From positions 65,029-129,028 of the forward strand of contig CADBKZ010000004.1 in the NCBI GenBank assembly GCA_902795355.1: a DNA stretch of 64,000 nucleotides, read 5' to 3'. The notes under the pieces were generated by a model that did no database searches, was not told the DNA's origin, and saw nothing but the letters and a program-made list of their open reading frames with translations. Shown piece by piece: positions 35,676 to 44,090 of this stretch (position 1 is its first letter; every line of letters starts with the position of its first letter). This DNA comes from an uncultured Ruminococcus sp. (GTDB taxonomy: Bacteria > Bacillota > Clostridia > Oscillospirales > CAG-272). The position numbers and the translations under genes are program-made.

Positions 35676-36064
35676 CCCGCGAGCGCCAGCAGCTCTTTCG
35701 CTGTGGAGAGCAGTTCGCCGATCAGCGGAATGCAGAGCAACAGGATTTCCGTTTTCCCCGCAAGCTCCACCCCGCCCGCAACTCCGCTCTCGCCCGCATC
35801 GCGGCAAATGTCCGAACAGCATTGCGTCAGGATCGCAATACCCAACGCTTTGACGAGGAACGAGGCGTAGGAAGAAATTCCCGCGGCGTCGGTCAGCTCG
35901 CGCAGGTAGGAAACCAGCGGAGCCGCGATTGAGAGGATTGCGCCGGCAAAGAGGACCGTTAACGCCAACCGCAACAGGGGCAGAAAATCCGACTTCCATT
36001 GCTTGACGATCACGCAGAGGCAAACGCCCGTTACCGCAACGAGGCAAATTTTCGCGCTGTCCAT
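35672..36064 (-). CDS. spoIIIAD: Stage III sporulation protein AD
   Basis: 130-aa, 4-TM protein (MDSAKICLVAVTGVCLCVIVKQW...). Operon position fits. Confidence 0.85.
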   Translation of the reverse strand: MDSAKICLVAVTGVCLCVIVKQWKSDFLPLLRLALTVLFAGAILSIAAPLVSYLRELTDAAGISSYASFLVKALGIAILTQCCSDICRDAGESGVAGGVELAGKTEILLLCIPLIGELLSTAKELLALAG

Positions 36065-36073
36065 CCGTCGGTT

Positions 36074-36271
36074 TCATCCAACGCCGAAAACCGAGGTCAC
36101 AAAGTCGAACAGCTCGCGGATCTGGCTGACAAGGAGCATCAACGCAACCAGAATCCCCGCCAGCGTTACGAACATGGCTTGTTCATCCCGCCCCGTTTTG
36201 GAGAGGATCTGCGCGGCAACGGCAACCAGAATGCCGATGCCGGCAATTTTGATAATCAAAGAAATATCCAT
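36074..36271 (-). CDS. spoIIIAC: Stage III sporulation protein AC
   Basis: 65 aa, two TM helices: IIKIAGIGILVAVAAQILSKTGRDEQA. Confidence 0.85.
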   Translation of the reverse strand: MDISLIIKIAGIGILVAVAAQILSKTGRDEQAMFVTLAGILVALMLLVSQIRELFDFVTSVFGVG

Positions 36272-36307
36272 TTTCTTCCTTTTCCTTTGCTTTATCGGAA
36301 TTTGTTT

Positions 36308-36784
36308 TTACCAGAGCAAAATTGCCGCCATGGCCGCCATTCCAAGGCAAACGGCAACGGCAATGCGCGTTCGCGCGGGGAGTTCTTCCATTCGCTTGGA
36401 GCGGATCTTCCCGAGCGACGCGATGTAATAATCGCACCTGCGGAGCATTTCTTCCCGATACCCGCCGCCGATCTCGCGGACGAACGTGCAAAGCAGACGC
36501 TTGGTTTCCTTGTCAAGGTAGAGTTGGGACGCGTGGTAAACGTCCGTCAGATTCGGGCGGGTTTCGGAGCAGCCGCAGGCTGCGAGAAGAGAGCGGTCCG
36601 CGCCCGCTAAAATTTCCGGCAGGGGCATCAGGTAGCAGTCGATCTGCGAGCGGATGTACCAAATCAGATCCGACCACCCCGCCAGAACGGCGATTTTTCT
36701 TTTTTCGTAGCGGATCAACGCGGCGGCGGCAAACGCGCCGGCCCCGAGGATCAGGATTACCCCGAGAATTTTAAGAATCGGCAT
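36308..36784 (-). CDS. spoIIIAB: Stage III sporulation protein AB
   Basis: MPILKILGVILILGAGAF ... LPEIL ... FVREIGGGYREE. ATG at 36784 overlaps the spoIIIAA end. Confidence 0.8.
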   Translation of the reverse strand: MPILKILGVILILGAGAFAAAALIRYEKRKIAVLAGWSDLIWYIRSQIDCYLMPLPEILAGADRSLLAACGCSETRPNLTDVYHASQLYLDKETKRLLCTFVREIGGGYREEMLRRCDYYIASLGKIRSKRMEELPARTRIAVAVCLGMAAMAAILLW

Positions 36785-37682
36785 CGGCGTTCTCCCATTT
36801 CCGAAGATCATAGCGGAATCCGCCCGCGCCGTTGCGCGAAAGACCCGCGTAGGCTCCGAAAACCCGCGCGCGGTGCAGGCGGGCCATGGCGGGGCGGCGG
36901 AGCAGCTCGGGGAGCGTGCGGGCATGCGCCGAGGCGAGCAGGGGAACCCCGCGGTTCATCGCGGAAAGGATCGCGTGCGCGTCGGCGTCGGTGCCGATCT
37001 CGTCGCAGACGATCAATCCCGCGCCGAGGTTGCGAACGGCAATGTCGATTCCCGCGTCGTGGGGGTATCCCGAAAGAATGTCGAGCAGGAGATCCCGACC
37101 GTCAAGGCCCATGGAAAGTTCCTCGCGCGTGTCAACCACAACGGTGCGCCAACCCCACGCGGGAGAGGACGCGTCGCGCGCGGCCGAGCGGAGAAAGGTG
37201 GTTTTTCCAACGGTTGGCGGGGCGTACACCAGAATGCCGCCCAGCCCGCGCATTTCGCGCAGGCATTGCAGGATCGGAGCGGTGTCCACGCGGTGGACAT
37301 GCGGCAAACGCACCACCAGCCCGTTCACATTCCCAACGCCGACGATATGCCCGCCTTCGGTTGCGGCATGGCCGCAGACCCCGACGCGGATTCCGCCGTT
37401 CAGCGTCAGGAACCCCTCGCGAATGCGGTCGCGGTAGGCATAGAGCGAGCCGTCGCACATGCGGTTCAGAATGTCGGATAGCTCGGCCTCGGAAAGCGCA
37501 ACGTCGGTGTATCGGTTCCGGCCGCCGCAGGTCACGGTGCAAAAGCGGTCGGCGTGCAATCGGATCTCTTCGGGGCGTTCCGCGTCCAAGGCAAGAATCG
37601 CGGCGGTCAGGCGCGGCGGCAGGCAGCGGGTCAGAACCTCGGGAAGCGCGGAAACGGCGCGTTTCCGCTCCGTAATTTGCAT
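36771..37682 (-). CDS. spoIIIAA: Stage III sporulation protein AA (secretion-type ATPase)
   Basis: Walker A PPTVGKTTFLR. Walker B LIVCDEIG. First gene of the operon. Confidence 0.85.
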   Translation of the reverse strand: MQITERKRAVSALPEVLTRCLPPRLTAAILALDAERPEEIRLHADRFCTVTCGGRNRYTDVALSEAELSDILNRMCDGSLYAYRDRIREGFLTLNGGIRVGVCGHAATEGGHIVGVGNVNGLVVRLPHVHRVDTAPILQCLREMRGLGGILVYAPPTVGKTTFLRSAARDASSPAWGWRTVVVDTREELSMGLDGRDLLLDILSGYPHDAGIDIAVRNLGAGLIVCDEIGTDADAHAILSAMNRGVPLLASAHARTLPELLRRPAMARLHRARVFGAYAGLSRNGAGGFRYDLRKWENADADS

Positions 37683-37705
37683 TTTGCCACCCCCCTTTTT
37701 GGTTC

Positions 37706-37733
37706 AATATATGCGGACGGGCCGGACAATAGA
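37706..37733 (-). promoter_or_regulatory. Candidate sigma-E-type promoter of spoIIIA
   Basis: The minus strand reads TCTATT-N14-CATATATT, about 24 nt upstream of the spoIIIAA ATG. Consensus recalled as ATAtt-N14-CATAcanT. Confidence 0.35.
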
Positions 37734-37824
37734 ACCGAAGAACCTTTTTTCGCAACGCGCATAGGATGGTTAATGGATTTTCCATCCGAAAACGCACAAA
37801 ACGCTTGAAAAAAGGAGCTTTGCC

Positions 37825-38928
37825 ATGAAGAAAACCGAAAAAAAAACGGCTCCCGCCGTTCGTACCACAGGGGAGGACGCCTACTTTGCCGCTTCCAACA
37901 GCGCAAAGGGATTTCATAGTTATTATGCCGCCTGTTTCGATAACGCCCGCGTCGGCCGGCTGTACGCGGTCAAGGGCGGCCCGGGGACGGGGAAAAGCCG
38001 CTTTTTGCGCGAGGTCGCCGTTTTCGGCGCGGAGCGCGGTTGGCATGCCGAATACATCTATTGCTCTTCCGACCCCGATTCGCTCGACGGCGTAATTCTG
38101 ACCAAGAGCGGGGAACAGGGCGTTGCCCTGCTCGACGCGACTGCGCCGCACGTGTACGAACCGAACCGCGTTGGCTACCGCGAGGAGATTGTCAACCTCG
38201 GCGCGTTTTGGGATTCGGACGCGCTGCGCGCGAAAGCCGACGAGATTGCCGAGTGGAACCGCCGCAAGCAAGAGGCCTACCGCCGCGCCTACCGTTACCT
38301 TGCGGGCTATGGCGAGATGAGCGACACACGGGACGAACTAACGGCTCCCTTTCTCCGCAGGGACGCCATTCGCGCCTATGCCGAGCGGCTGATGAAGGAC
38401 ATTCCGGACGGCGAGCGGTTCTGCCCGCAAACCGCGCTGATCTGTTCGGTGGGAATGCGGGGCGTGGTGGCGTTCGACACGTTTTTTGCCATGGCCGAAA
38501 AGCGGTATCTGATTGAGGATTGCCGCGGAAGCGCGGCGATTCTGACGGACGCGCTTTACCGGATTGCCGAGAAAAAACGGCTTTCGGCGCGCGTTTCGAG
38601 AGACCCGATTCTGCCGGAGAAGATCGATGGCTTGTATTTCCCCGAGGCGGGGCTTGCGTTTGTGGTTTCCCGCGGGGGCGGTTCCGCGCTGCCGCATCGG
38701 CGCGTGGGCATGCGGCGGTTTGTGGAAACGGGAGCCATGCACGGGATTCGGGGAAAGCTCAACTTTTCAGAGCGGATGCGCCGCGCCATGTTGGAAGGGG
38801 CGGTGGAAATGCTCGGAGAGGTGCGGGAAGCGCACTTCAAGGTAGAGGAAATCTACATCCGCGCAATGGATTTCGGCGCGAAAGAAACCTTTACCAAAGC
38901 GTTCTGCGAATTGCTGTTCCAATCATAA
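37825..38928 (+). CDS. P-loop NTPase of unknown function
   Basis: Walker A GGPGTGKSRF. 367 aa. Divergent from spoIIIA. Strong terminator downstream. Confidence 0.6.
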   Translation: MKKTEKKTAPAVRTTGEDAYFAASNSAKGFHSYYAACFDNARVGRLYAVKGGPGTGKSRFLREVAVFGAERGWHAEYIYCSSDPDSLDGVILTKSGEQGVALLDATAPHVYEPNRVGYREEIVNLGAFWDSDALRAKADEIAEWNRRKQEAYRRAYRYLAGYGEMSDTRDELTAPFLRRDAIRAYAERLMKDIPDGERFCPQTALICSVGMRGVVAFDTFFAMAEKRYLIEDCRGSAAILTDALYRIAEKKRLSARVSRDPILPEKIDGLYFPEAGLAFVVSRGGGSALPHRRVGMRRFVETGAMHGIRGKLNFSERMRRAMLEGAVEMLGEVREAHFKVEEIYIRAMDFGAKETFTKAFCELLFQS

Positions 38929-38936
38929 GGCAAAAG

Positions 38937-38970
38937 AAAAGCGGGCGGATCGCCGGATCCGCCCGCTTTT
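38937..38970 (+). terminator. Rho-independent terminator
   Basis: GCGGGCGGATC-GCCG-GATCCGCCCGC followed by TTTT. Confidence 0.7.
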
Positions 38971-39075
38971 CTAATGATTTTTTGAAAAACAATTGACAAA
39001 ATCAGGAAAAAACGCTTTTGGCGTCAGAGCAATTTACAGGCAAACGCGTCCGATTTTTCCCCCTTGCGGCCTTTT

Positions 39076-39924
39076 TTATTCCGCCGGTTCGAGCTTCAGC
39101 TTGGAAATGATGGTTTGCGCCGCCTCGTCGAGGTAGTTGTTTTCCATCAGTTCAATCATGCCGCGATCCACCAAAGCCGAGAGCTTGGGATCCATGGGAA
39201 TGCGCGCGAGCAGGTCGTAGCCGAACGACTTTGCAACGTCGCCAATGTGGCTTTCGCCGAACACCTTGATCTCCTTGCCGCAATCGGGGCATTTGACATA
39301 GGAAAGGTTCTCCACAAGCCCCAGCACGGGAATGTTCATCATTTGCGCCATGTTCGCCGCCTTGCTCACAATCATGGAAACGAGATCCTGCGGGCTGGAA
39401 ACAATAATGATGCCGTCGAGCGGCATGGTCTGGAACACCGTCAGGGGAACGTCGCCCGTTCCGGGGGGGCAATCCACCAGCAGAACGTCCGCTTTCCAAA
39501 TGGTCTCCTGCCAGAATTGCTGAACGGTGCCCGCAATCAGGGAGCCGCGCCAAACCACGGGTTTGGTCTCGTCGCCAAGGAGCAGGTTGACCGAAATCAT
39601 GTCAATGCCGGTTTTGCTTGCGGCGGGGATCATGCCGTTCTGGTCGCCGTAAATTTCCACCTTTTTCATGCCGAACGCTTTCGGAATGGAAGGACCTGTA
39701 ATGTCCGCGTCGAGAATCCCCACGCGGTAGCCCTCGCGGCGGAGCAGAACGGCGAGCATGGCGGTAACAAGCGATTTTCCAACGCCGCCCTTTCCGCTCA
39801 CCACGCCGATCACGTGCTTGACCTCGCTCAATTGGTTTGCGGGAAGCCGCATGCTGTCCGCGCTTTGTCTGGATGCGCAATTGCTCGAGCAGGTGGAGCA
39901 ATCGTGCGTACATTCTTCTGCCAT
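39076..39924 (-). CDS. Mrp/NBP35/ApbC-family Fe-S cluster carrier ATPase
   Basis: N-terminal Cys cluster CTHDCSTCSSNC. Deviant Walker A VVSGKGGVGKS. Also CPPGTGD and CPDCG. Confidence 0.9.
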   Translation of the reverse strand: MAEECTHDCSTCSSNCASRQSADSMRLPANQLSEVKHVIGVVSGKGGVGKSLVTAMLAVLLRREGYRVGILDADITGPSIPKAFGMKKVEIYGDQNGMIPAASKTGIDMISVNLLLGDETKPVVWRGSLIAGTVQQFWQETIWKADVLLVDCPPGTGDVPLTVFQTMPLDGIIIVSSPQDLVSMIVSKAANMAQMMNIPVLGLVENLSYVKCPDCGKEIKVFGESHIGDVAKSFGYDLLARIPMDPKLSALVDRGMIELMENNYLDEAAQTIISKLKLEPAE

Positions 39925-40087
39925 TTTGGTAACTCCTTTTTCGTAGTCGCATTTATTATACACCCAAAGGAAAAAAAAAACAAGCCCCCAAAGCCATTTT
40001 TCGCCTTTTTTTGGGCAAAAGGTATTGACAAAAGGTTTCGCCGGATGATATAATATAGTAGCACATTCAAAAAAGGAGAGTTTGACC

Positions 40088-40528
40088 ATGAAAAAATTTT
40101 TGGACGAAATTCTGCTCGGCTGCGCCGCTTTCTTTGCGGTTCTGACGCTGATTCTGATGAATGCCCCGGGCCTGACCGCCTCGGCGTTCGGATTGACCGC
40201 GAAATCCTCGGTTTACGATCTTTTGAGCGTCAACGGCGACGCGACCGTGGGCTTGATTTTCGCGCTGATTTTCGTGATCCTTGTGTTGGTTGCCTCGGCC
40301 TGCCTGCTGGTTTTGAAGTTGCTCAAAATCAAATTTGACTTTGCGGGCATTGCGGCGTTTGCCGCCGCGGTTCTTTCGCTGGTCGCGGGCATCCTCTATT
40401 TCAGCACAAAAGGGTTGGTTGGCGCTTCCGGCGCGTCGCTCGGCGTTGGCGCGGTGTTTTGCGCGATCTTTTCGCTGATCAACGCGGGCGTTCTCGGGTT
40501 CTACGGTTTCACCAAACTGCAAAAATAA
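40088..40528 (+). CDS. Small hypothetical membrane protein
   Basis: AAAGGAGAG RBS. Four hydrophobic segments. No family recognised. Confidence 0.5.
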   Translation: MKKFLDEILLGCAAFFAVLTLILMNAPGLTASAFGLTAKSSVYDLLSVNGDATVGLIFALIFVILVLVASACLLVLKLLKIKFDFAGIAAFAAAVLSLVAGILYFSTKGLVGASGASLGVGAVFCAIFSLINAGVLGFYGFTKLQK

Positions 40529-40547
40529 GCGGTTACGCAAAAAAGAG

Positions 40548-40577
40548 CGTGCGGGAGCGATCCCGCGCGTTTTTTTT
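40548..40577 (+). terminator. Rho-independent terminator
   Basis: CGTGCGGGA-GCGA-TCCCGCGCG followed by T8. Confidence 0.65.
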
Positions 40578-40597
40578 GAAAACATTTGCAAATCCTC

Positions 40598-40626
40598 TTG
40601 CATTTCGACGCGTTTTGACTTATAAT
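40598..40626 (+). promoter_or_regulatory. Sigma-A-type promoter of gpmI
   Basis: TTGCAT-N17-TATAAT. Confidence 0.6.
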
Positions 40627-40677
40627 ATACATTGTGGAAATTTGCGCTCCCGCAGGGAGCAACCGGAGGTTATCAAC

Positions 40678-42336
40678 ATGAAAAAACTTGTGAAAAGCAA
40701 ACAGTTCGAGGGCGTAAAAGGCCCTGTTCTTACCATTGTGATGGACGGCGTGGGGCTTGCGCCCGATACCGTTTCCAACGCGGTCAAGAGCGCCTACACG
40801 CCCAATCTGGACTACCTGATGGAAAACTACCCCATGGTCGCGCTCAAAGCGCACGGGACCGCCGTCGGGCTTCCTTCCGACGACGACATGGGCAACAGCG
40901 AGGTCGGCCACAACGCGCTCGGCGCGGGGCAGGTGTTCGCGCAGGGAGCAAAATTGGTGTCCAACTCCATTGAGAGCGGCAAAATGTTCGCCTCGGCAAC
41001 TTGGCGGGAGCTGGTGGAAAACGTTAAGGCCAACCGCGGAACGCTCCATTTTCTCGGCCTGTTTTCGGATGGGAACGTCCATTCGCATATCGACCACCTG
41101 AAAGCGATGATCTCCGAGGCGAAAAAAGAGGGCGTCGCGCGCGTTCGCGTTCACATCCTGCTCGACGGCCGCGACGTTGGAGAAACGTCCGCGCTGGATT
41201 ATATTCTCCCGTTCGAGGCGTTTCTGAACGGTTTGCGCGCCCCCGATTTTGATATTTGCATCGCTTCCGGCGGCGGACGCATGCAGATTACCATGGATCG
41301 CTACGAGGCCAATTGGCCCATGGTGGCGGCGGGGTGGAAAACCCATGTTCTGGGCGAGGGTCGGCAGTTCGCGAGCGCGGCGGAAGCCGTTGAGACCTAC
41401 CGCAAGGAGCTTCGCGTGATCGATCAGGACCTGCCCGCGTTCGTAATTGCGGAGAACGGCAAGCCGGTTGGAACCGTTGAGGATGGCGACAGCGTGATCT
41501 TCTATAACTTCCGCGGCGACCGCTCCATTGAAATTTCCAAGAGCTTCGACGCGCCCGAGGGGGCGTTTGATAAGTTCGACCGCGTCCGCGTGCCAAAGGT
41601 GAAGTTTGCGGGCATGCTCGAATACGACGGCGACCTGCATATTCCGAAGAAATACCTCGTTTCGCCCCCCGAAATTACAAACACCATGGGCGAATACCTC
41701 GCGGGAACGGGCGTTCCCGTGCTCGCCATGTCCGAAACGCAGAAATACGGCCACGTCACCTATTTCTGGAACGGCAACAAGTCGGGAAAATTCGATGAAA
41801 AACTCGAAACCTACATTGAAATTCCTTCGGATGTGGTGCCGTTCGAGCAGCGGCCGTGGATGAAGTGCGCGGAGATCACCGATCGGCTCATCGAGTGCCT
41901 GCAATCGGGCAAATACAAGGTGTTGCGCGTCAATTTCCCGAACGGCGATATGGTGGGGCACACCGGCTCGCTCGCGGCAACGCGCTGCTCCATGGAAGCG
42001 TTGGATCTGCAACTCGGGCGCATTCTGCCCGTGGTGGATTCGCTCGGCGGCGTCGCCATCATCACGGCCGACCACGGAAACGCCGACGAAATGTTTGAGA
42101 TGGACAAAAAAACCGGCCTGCCCAAGGTGGGGAAGGACGGCAAAATGAAGGCGAAAACCAGCCACACGCTCAATCCCGTCCCCTGCATCATTTACGACAA
42201 TACCGACGCGAAAAACCACTATACGGTCAAGGAAAACGGCAAGTTCGGGCTTTCCAACGTTGCGGCGACCACCGTGAATCTGCTCGGCTACGACGCGCCC
42301 GACATGTGGGATGAATCCATCATCGAGCTGAAATAA
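40678..42336 (+). CDS. gpmI: 2,3-bisphosphoglycerate-independent phosphoglycerate mutase
   Basis: DGVG, MGNSEVGHNALGAG (catalytic Ser), ADHGNADEM. 552 aa from the ATG at 40678. Confidence 0.93.
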   Translation: MKKLVKSKQFEGVKGPVLTIVMDGVGLAPDTVSNAVKSAYTPNLDYLMENYPMVALKAHGTAVGLPSDDDMGNSEVGHNALGAGQVFAQGAKLVSNSIESGKMFASATWRELVENVKANRGTLHFLGLFSDGNVHSHIDHLKAMISEAKKEGVARVRVHILLDGRDVGETSALDYILPFEAFLNGLRAPDFDICIASGGGRMQITMDRYEANWPMVAAGWKTHVLGEGRQFASAAEAVETYRKELRVIDQDLPAFVIAENGKPVGTVEDGDSVIFYNFRGDRSIEISKSFDAPEGAFDKFDRVRVPKVKFAGMLEYDGDLHIPKKYLVSPPEITNTMGEYLAGTGVPVLAMSETQKYGHVTYFWNGNKSGKFDEKLETYIEIPSDVVPFEQRPWMKCAEITDRLIECLQSGKYKVLRVNFPNGDMVGHTGSLAATRCSMEALDLQLGRILPVVDSLGGVAIITADHGNADEMFEMDKKTGLPKVGKDGKMKAKTSHTLNPVPCIIYDNTDAKNHYTVKENGKFGLSNVAATTVNLLGYDAPDMWDESIIELK

Positions 42337-42415
42337 CGAAATCATACGGCCGCGGGGCGGGGAACGCCGCCGTCCCGCGGCCGGTCAATTTACCGAAAGG
42401 CAGGAAAACCAACGA

Positions 42416-42979
42416 ATGGCAACGCTCAAAGAAGTATATACGTCCTGCGAAAACTGCCAAAAATGCGCGCTCGGAGCCACGCGGACCAACCTTGTGTTCG
42501 GCGTTGGCAACGAAAACGCGCGGTTGATGTTTGTGGGAGAGGCTCCGGGGGAGCAAGAGGATTTAACGGGAACGCCCTTTGTGGGAAAGGCGGGGCAGCT
42601 GCTCGATAAATTCCTGTTCGCCGTGGACATCCCGCGAGAGGACGTTTACATCGCCAACATTCTCAAATGCCGGCCGCCCAAGAACCGCGACCCGCTCCCC
42701 GAGGAAGAGGACGCCTGCATCGGGTATCTGCGCGAGCAGGTCAAGGCGATCCGCCCCGAGATCATCGTTTGTTTGGGGCGTATTTCGGCCATGCGGCTGA
42801 TCAAACCCGATTTCAAAATTACCGCCGAGCACGGAAAATGGTTCCAGAAGGGCGGGTTTTGGATGACGGCGGTTTACCACCCCGCCGCGCTCCTGCGCGA
42901 CCCCCGCAAAAAAGAGGACATGCTGGAGGACATGAAAGCCATTCGGCAAAAGCTGGAAGAGGGAAGCGCGGAGAAATGA
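42416..42979 (+). CDS. Family 4 uracil-DNA glycosylase
   Basis: CENCQKC...GEAPGEQEDLTGTPFVGKAGQLL ... HPAALLR. Confidence 0.9.
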   Translation: MATLKEVYTSCENCQKCALGATRTNLVFGVGNENARLMFVGEAPGEQEDLTGTPFVGKAGQLLDKFLFAVDIPREDVYIANILKCRPPKNRDPLPEEEDACIGYLREQVKAIRPEIIVCLGRISAMRLIKPDFKITAEHGKWFQKGGFWMTAVYHPAALLRDPRKKEDMLEDMKAIRQKLEEGSAEK

Positions 42980-43929
42980 ACATTTTCCACTCCCTTGTGG
43001 GCATTATGATAACGCTCTTTCTTCTGCTTGCGGTCGGTTTTTTCAGCCGGAAAGCAGGGCTTTTGAACGACGCGTCGTCGAAAAACCTTTCCAAGCTGAT
43101 CATTTGTTTGGGTCAGCCCGCGCTGATCATTGCCGCGCTGAACAACGCGGAGTGGAGCGAGGAGCGGCTCAAAATTGCGCTTTGGGCAACGGTGATCGGC
43201 TTCGCCATGCACACGTTCATGGCGGTTGCGGCGTTTCTGATCTGCCGCGGCATGAAGAAGAACGCCGACCACGCCAAAATTTTCGAGTTTGCCCTTGTGT
43301 TTGCCAATTGCGGCTTTCTCGGCTTTCCCGTGCTGGATTCGGTGTTCGGCGATGGCATGGGGAGCTTTATGGGCGCGTTCTACGTCATCAGCTGCCACCT
43401 TTTTATGTGGACGTGGGGCATTGCAATTCTTGCCCGCGGACGGGACGACATTCGGCTGACCCCCAAGAAGGCTCTGCTGAATTACGGGACGGTTCCTTGC
43501 GCCGTCGGGATTGTTCTTTACATGCTCAAACCCGTGTTTGAGCTGCCCGAACCCATTGGAAAAACGCTGAATTACCTCGGCGGGCTTTGCACGCCGATCT
43601 CGCTCCTGATTACGGGCGGATTGCTTGCCACAATCCCGCTCAAAAAGCTGTTCGGAACGCCGAGCCTGTATGCGCATAGCGCCGTCAGCCTGTTCGCGTT
43701 TCCAATGGTTGTGTGCGTGCTCACAAAACTGATGCGCCTGCCCGACCAATACATCCTGTTCTGCACGGTTATGGCGGGGCTTCCCGCGGCCAGCTCGGTT
43801 ACCATGCTCGGGGAGCTCCACAACATCGATCCCGCCTACGCCTCGCAGATTGTCGGTATCACGTCGGTTCTGACCACCGTTACGCTCCCCGTTGTGTTCC
43901 TCTTTGCGGAGTGGGTGATCGGGCTGTAA
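42976..43929 (+). CDS. AEC (auxin efflux carrier) family transporter
   Basis: ATGA overlap with the UDG stop. About 10 TM segments. N-terminus IFHSLVGIMITLFLLLAVGFFSRKAGLL. Confidence 0.85.
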   Translation: MNIFHSLVGIMITLFLLLAVGFFSRKAGLLNDASSKNLSKLIICLGQPALIIAALNNAEWSEERLKIALWATVIGFAMHTFMAVAAFLICRGMKKNADHAKIFEFALVFANCGFLGFPVLDSVFGDGMGSFMGAFYVISCHLFMWTWGIAILARGRDDIRLTPKKALLNYGTVPCAVGIVLYMLKPVFELPEPIGKTLNYLGGLCTPISLLITGGLLATIPLKKLFGTPSLYAHSAVSLFAFPMVVCVLTKLMRLPDQYILFCTVMAGLPAASSVTMLGELHNIDPAYASQIVGITSVLTTVTLPVVFLFAEWVIGL

Positions 43930-43946
43930 AAAGATAATATAAGACC

Positions 43947-43998
43947 TTGCGGGCGGGGGCGCTTTTTCTTGCGGAAGAAAAAGCGCCCCCGCCCGCAA
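43947..43998. terminator. Perfect 24-bp-stem hairpin (4-nt loop) between convergent genes
   Basis: TTGCGGGCGGGGGCGCTTTTTCTT-GCGG-AAGAAAAAGCGCCCCCGCCCGCAA. No canonical 3' U tract. Confidence 0.5.
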
Positions 43999-44040
43999 AC
44001 ACCCGCCCCCGAAAAAGAACGGTCGCGGGGAACACGATTG

Positions 44041-44073
44041 GCCCCTACCGCCCCGTTTCGGGGCGGTAGGGGC
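44041..44073. terminator. Perfect 14-bp-stem hairpin between convergent genes
   Basis: GCCCCTACCGCCCC-GTTTC-GGGGCGGTAGGGGC. No adjacent U tract. Confidence 0.5.
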
Positions 44074-44090
44074 CGTGAATCACGGGCGAT

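Noticed and set aside
34527-36077. 516-aa version of spoIIIAE.
   Set aside because: The N-terminal 133 codons overlap the whole of spoIIIAD in another frame. The TTG at 35675, overlapping the spoIIIAD stop, gives the expected signal peptide and size.
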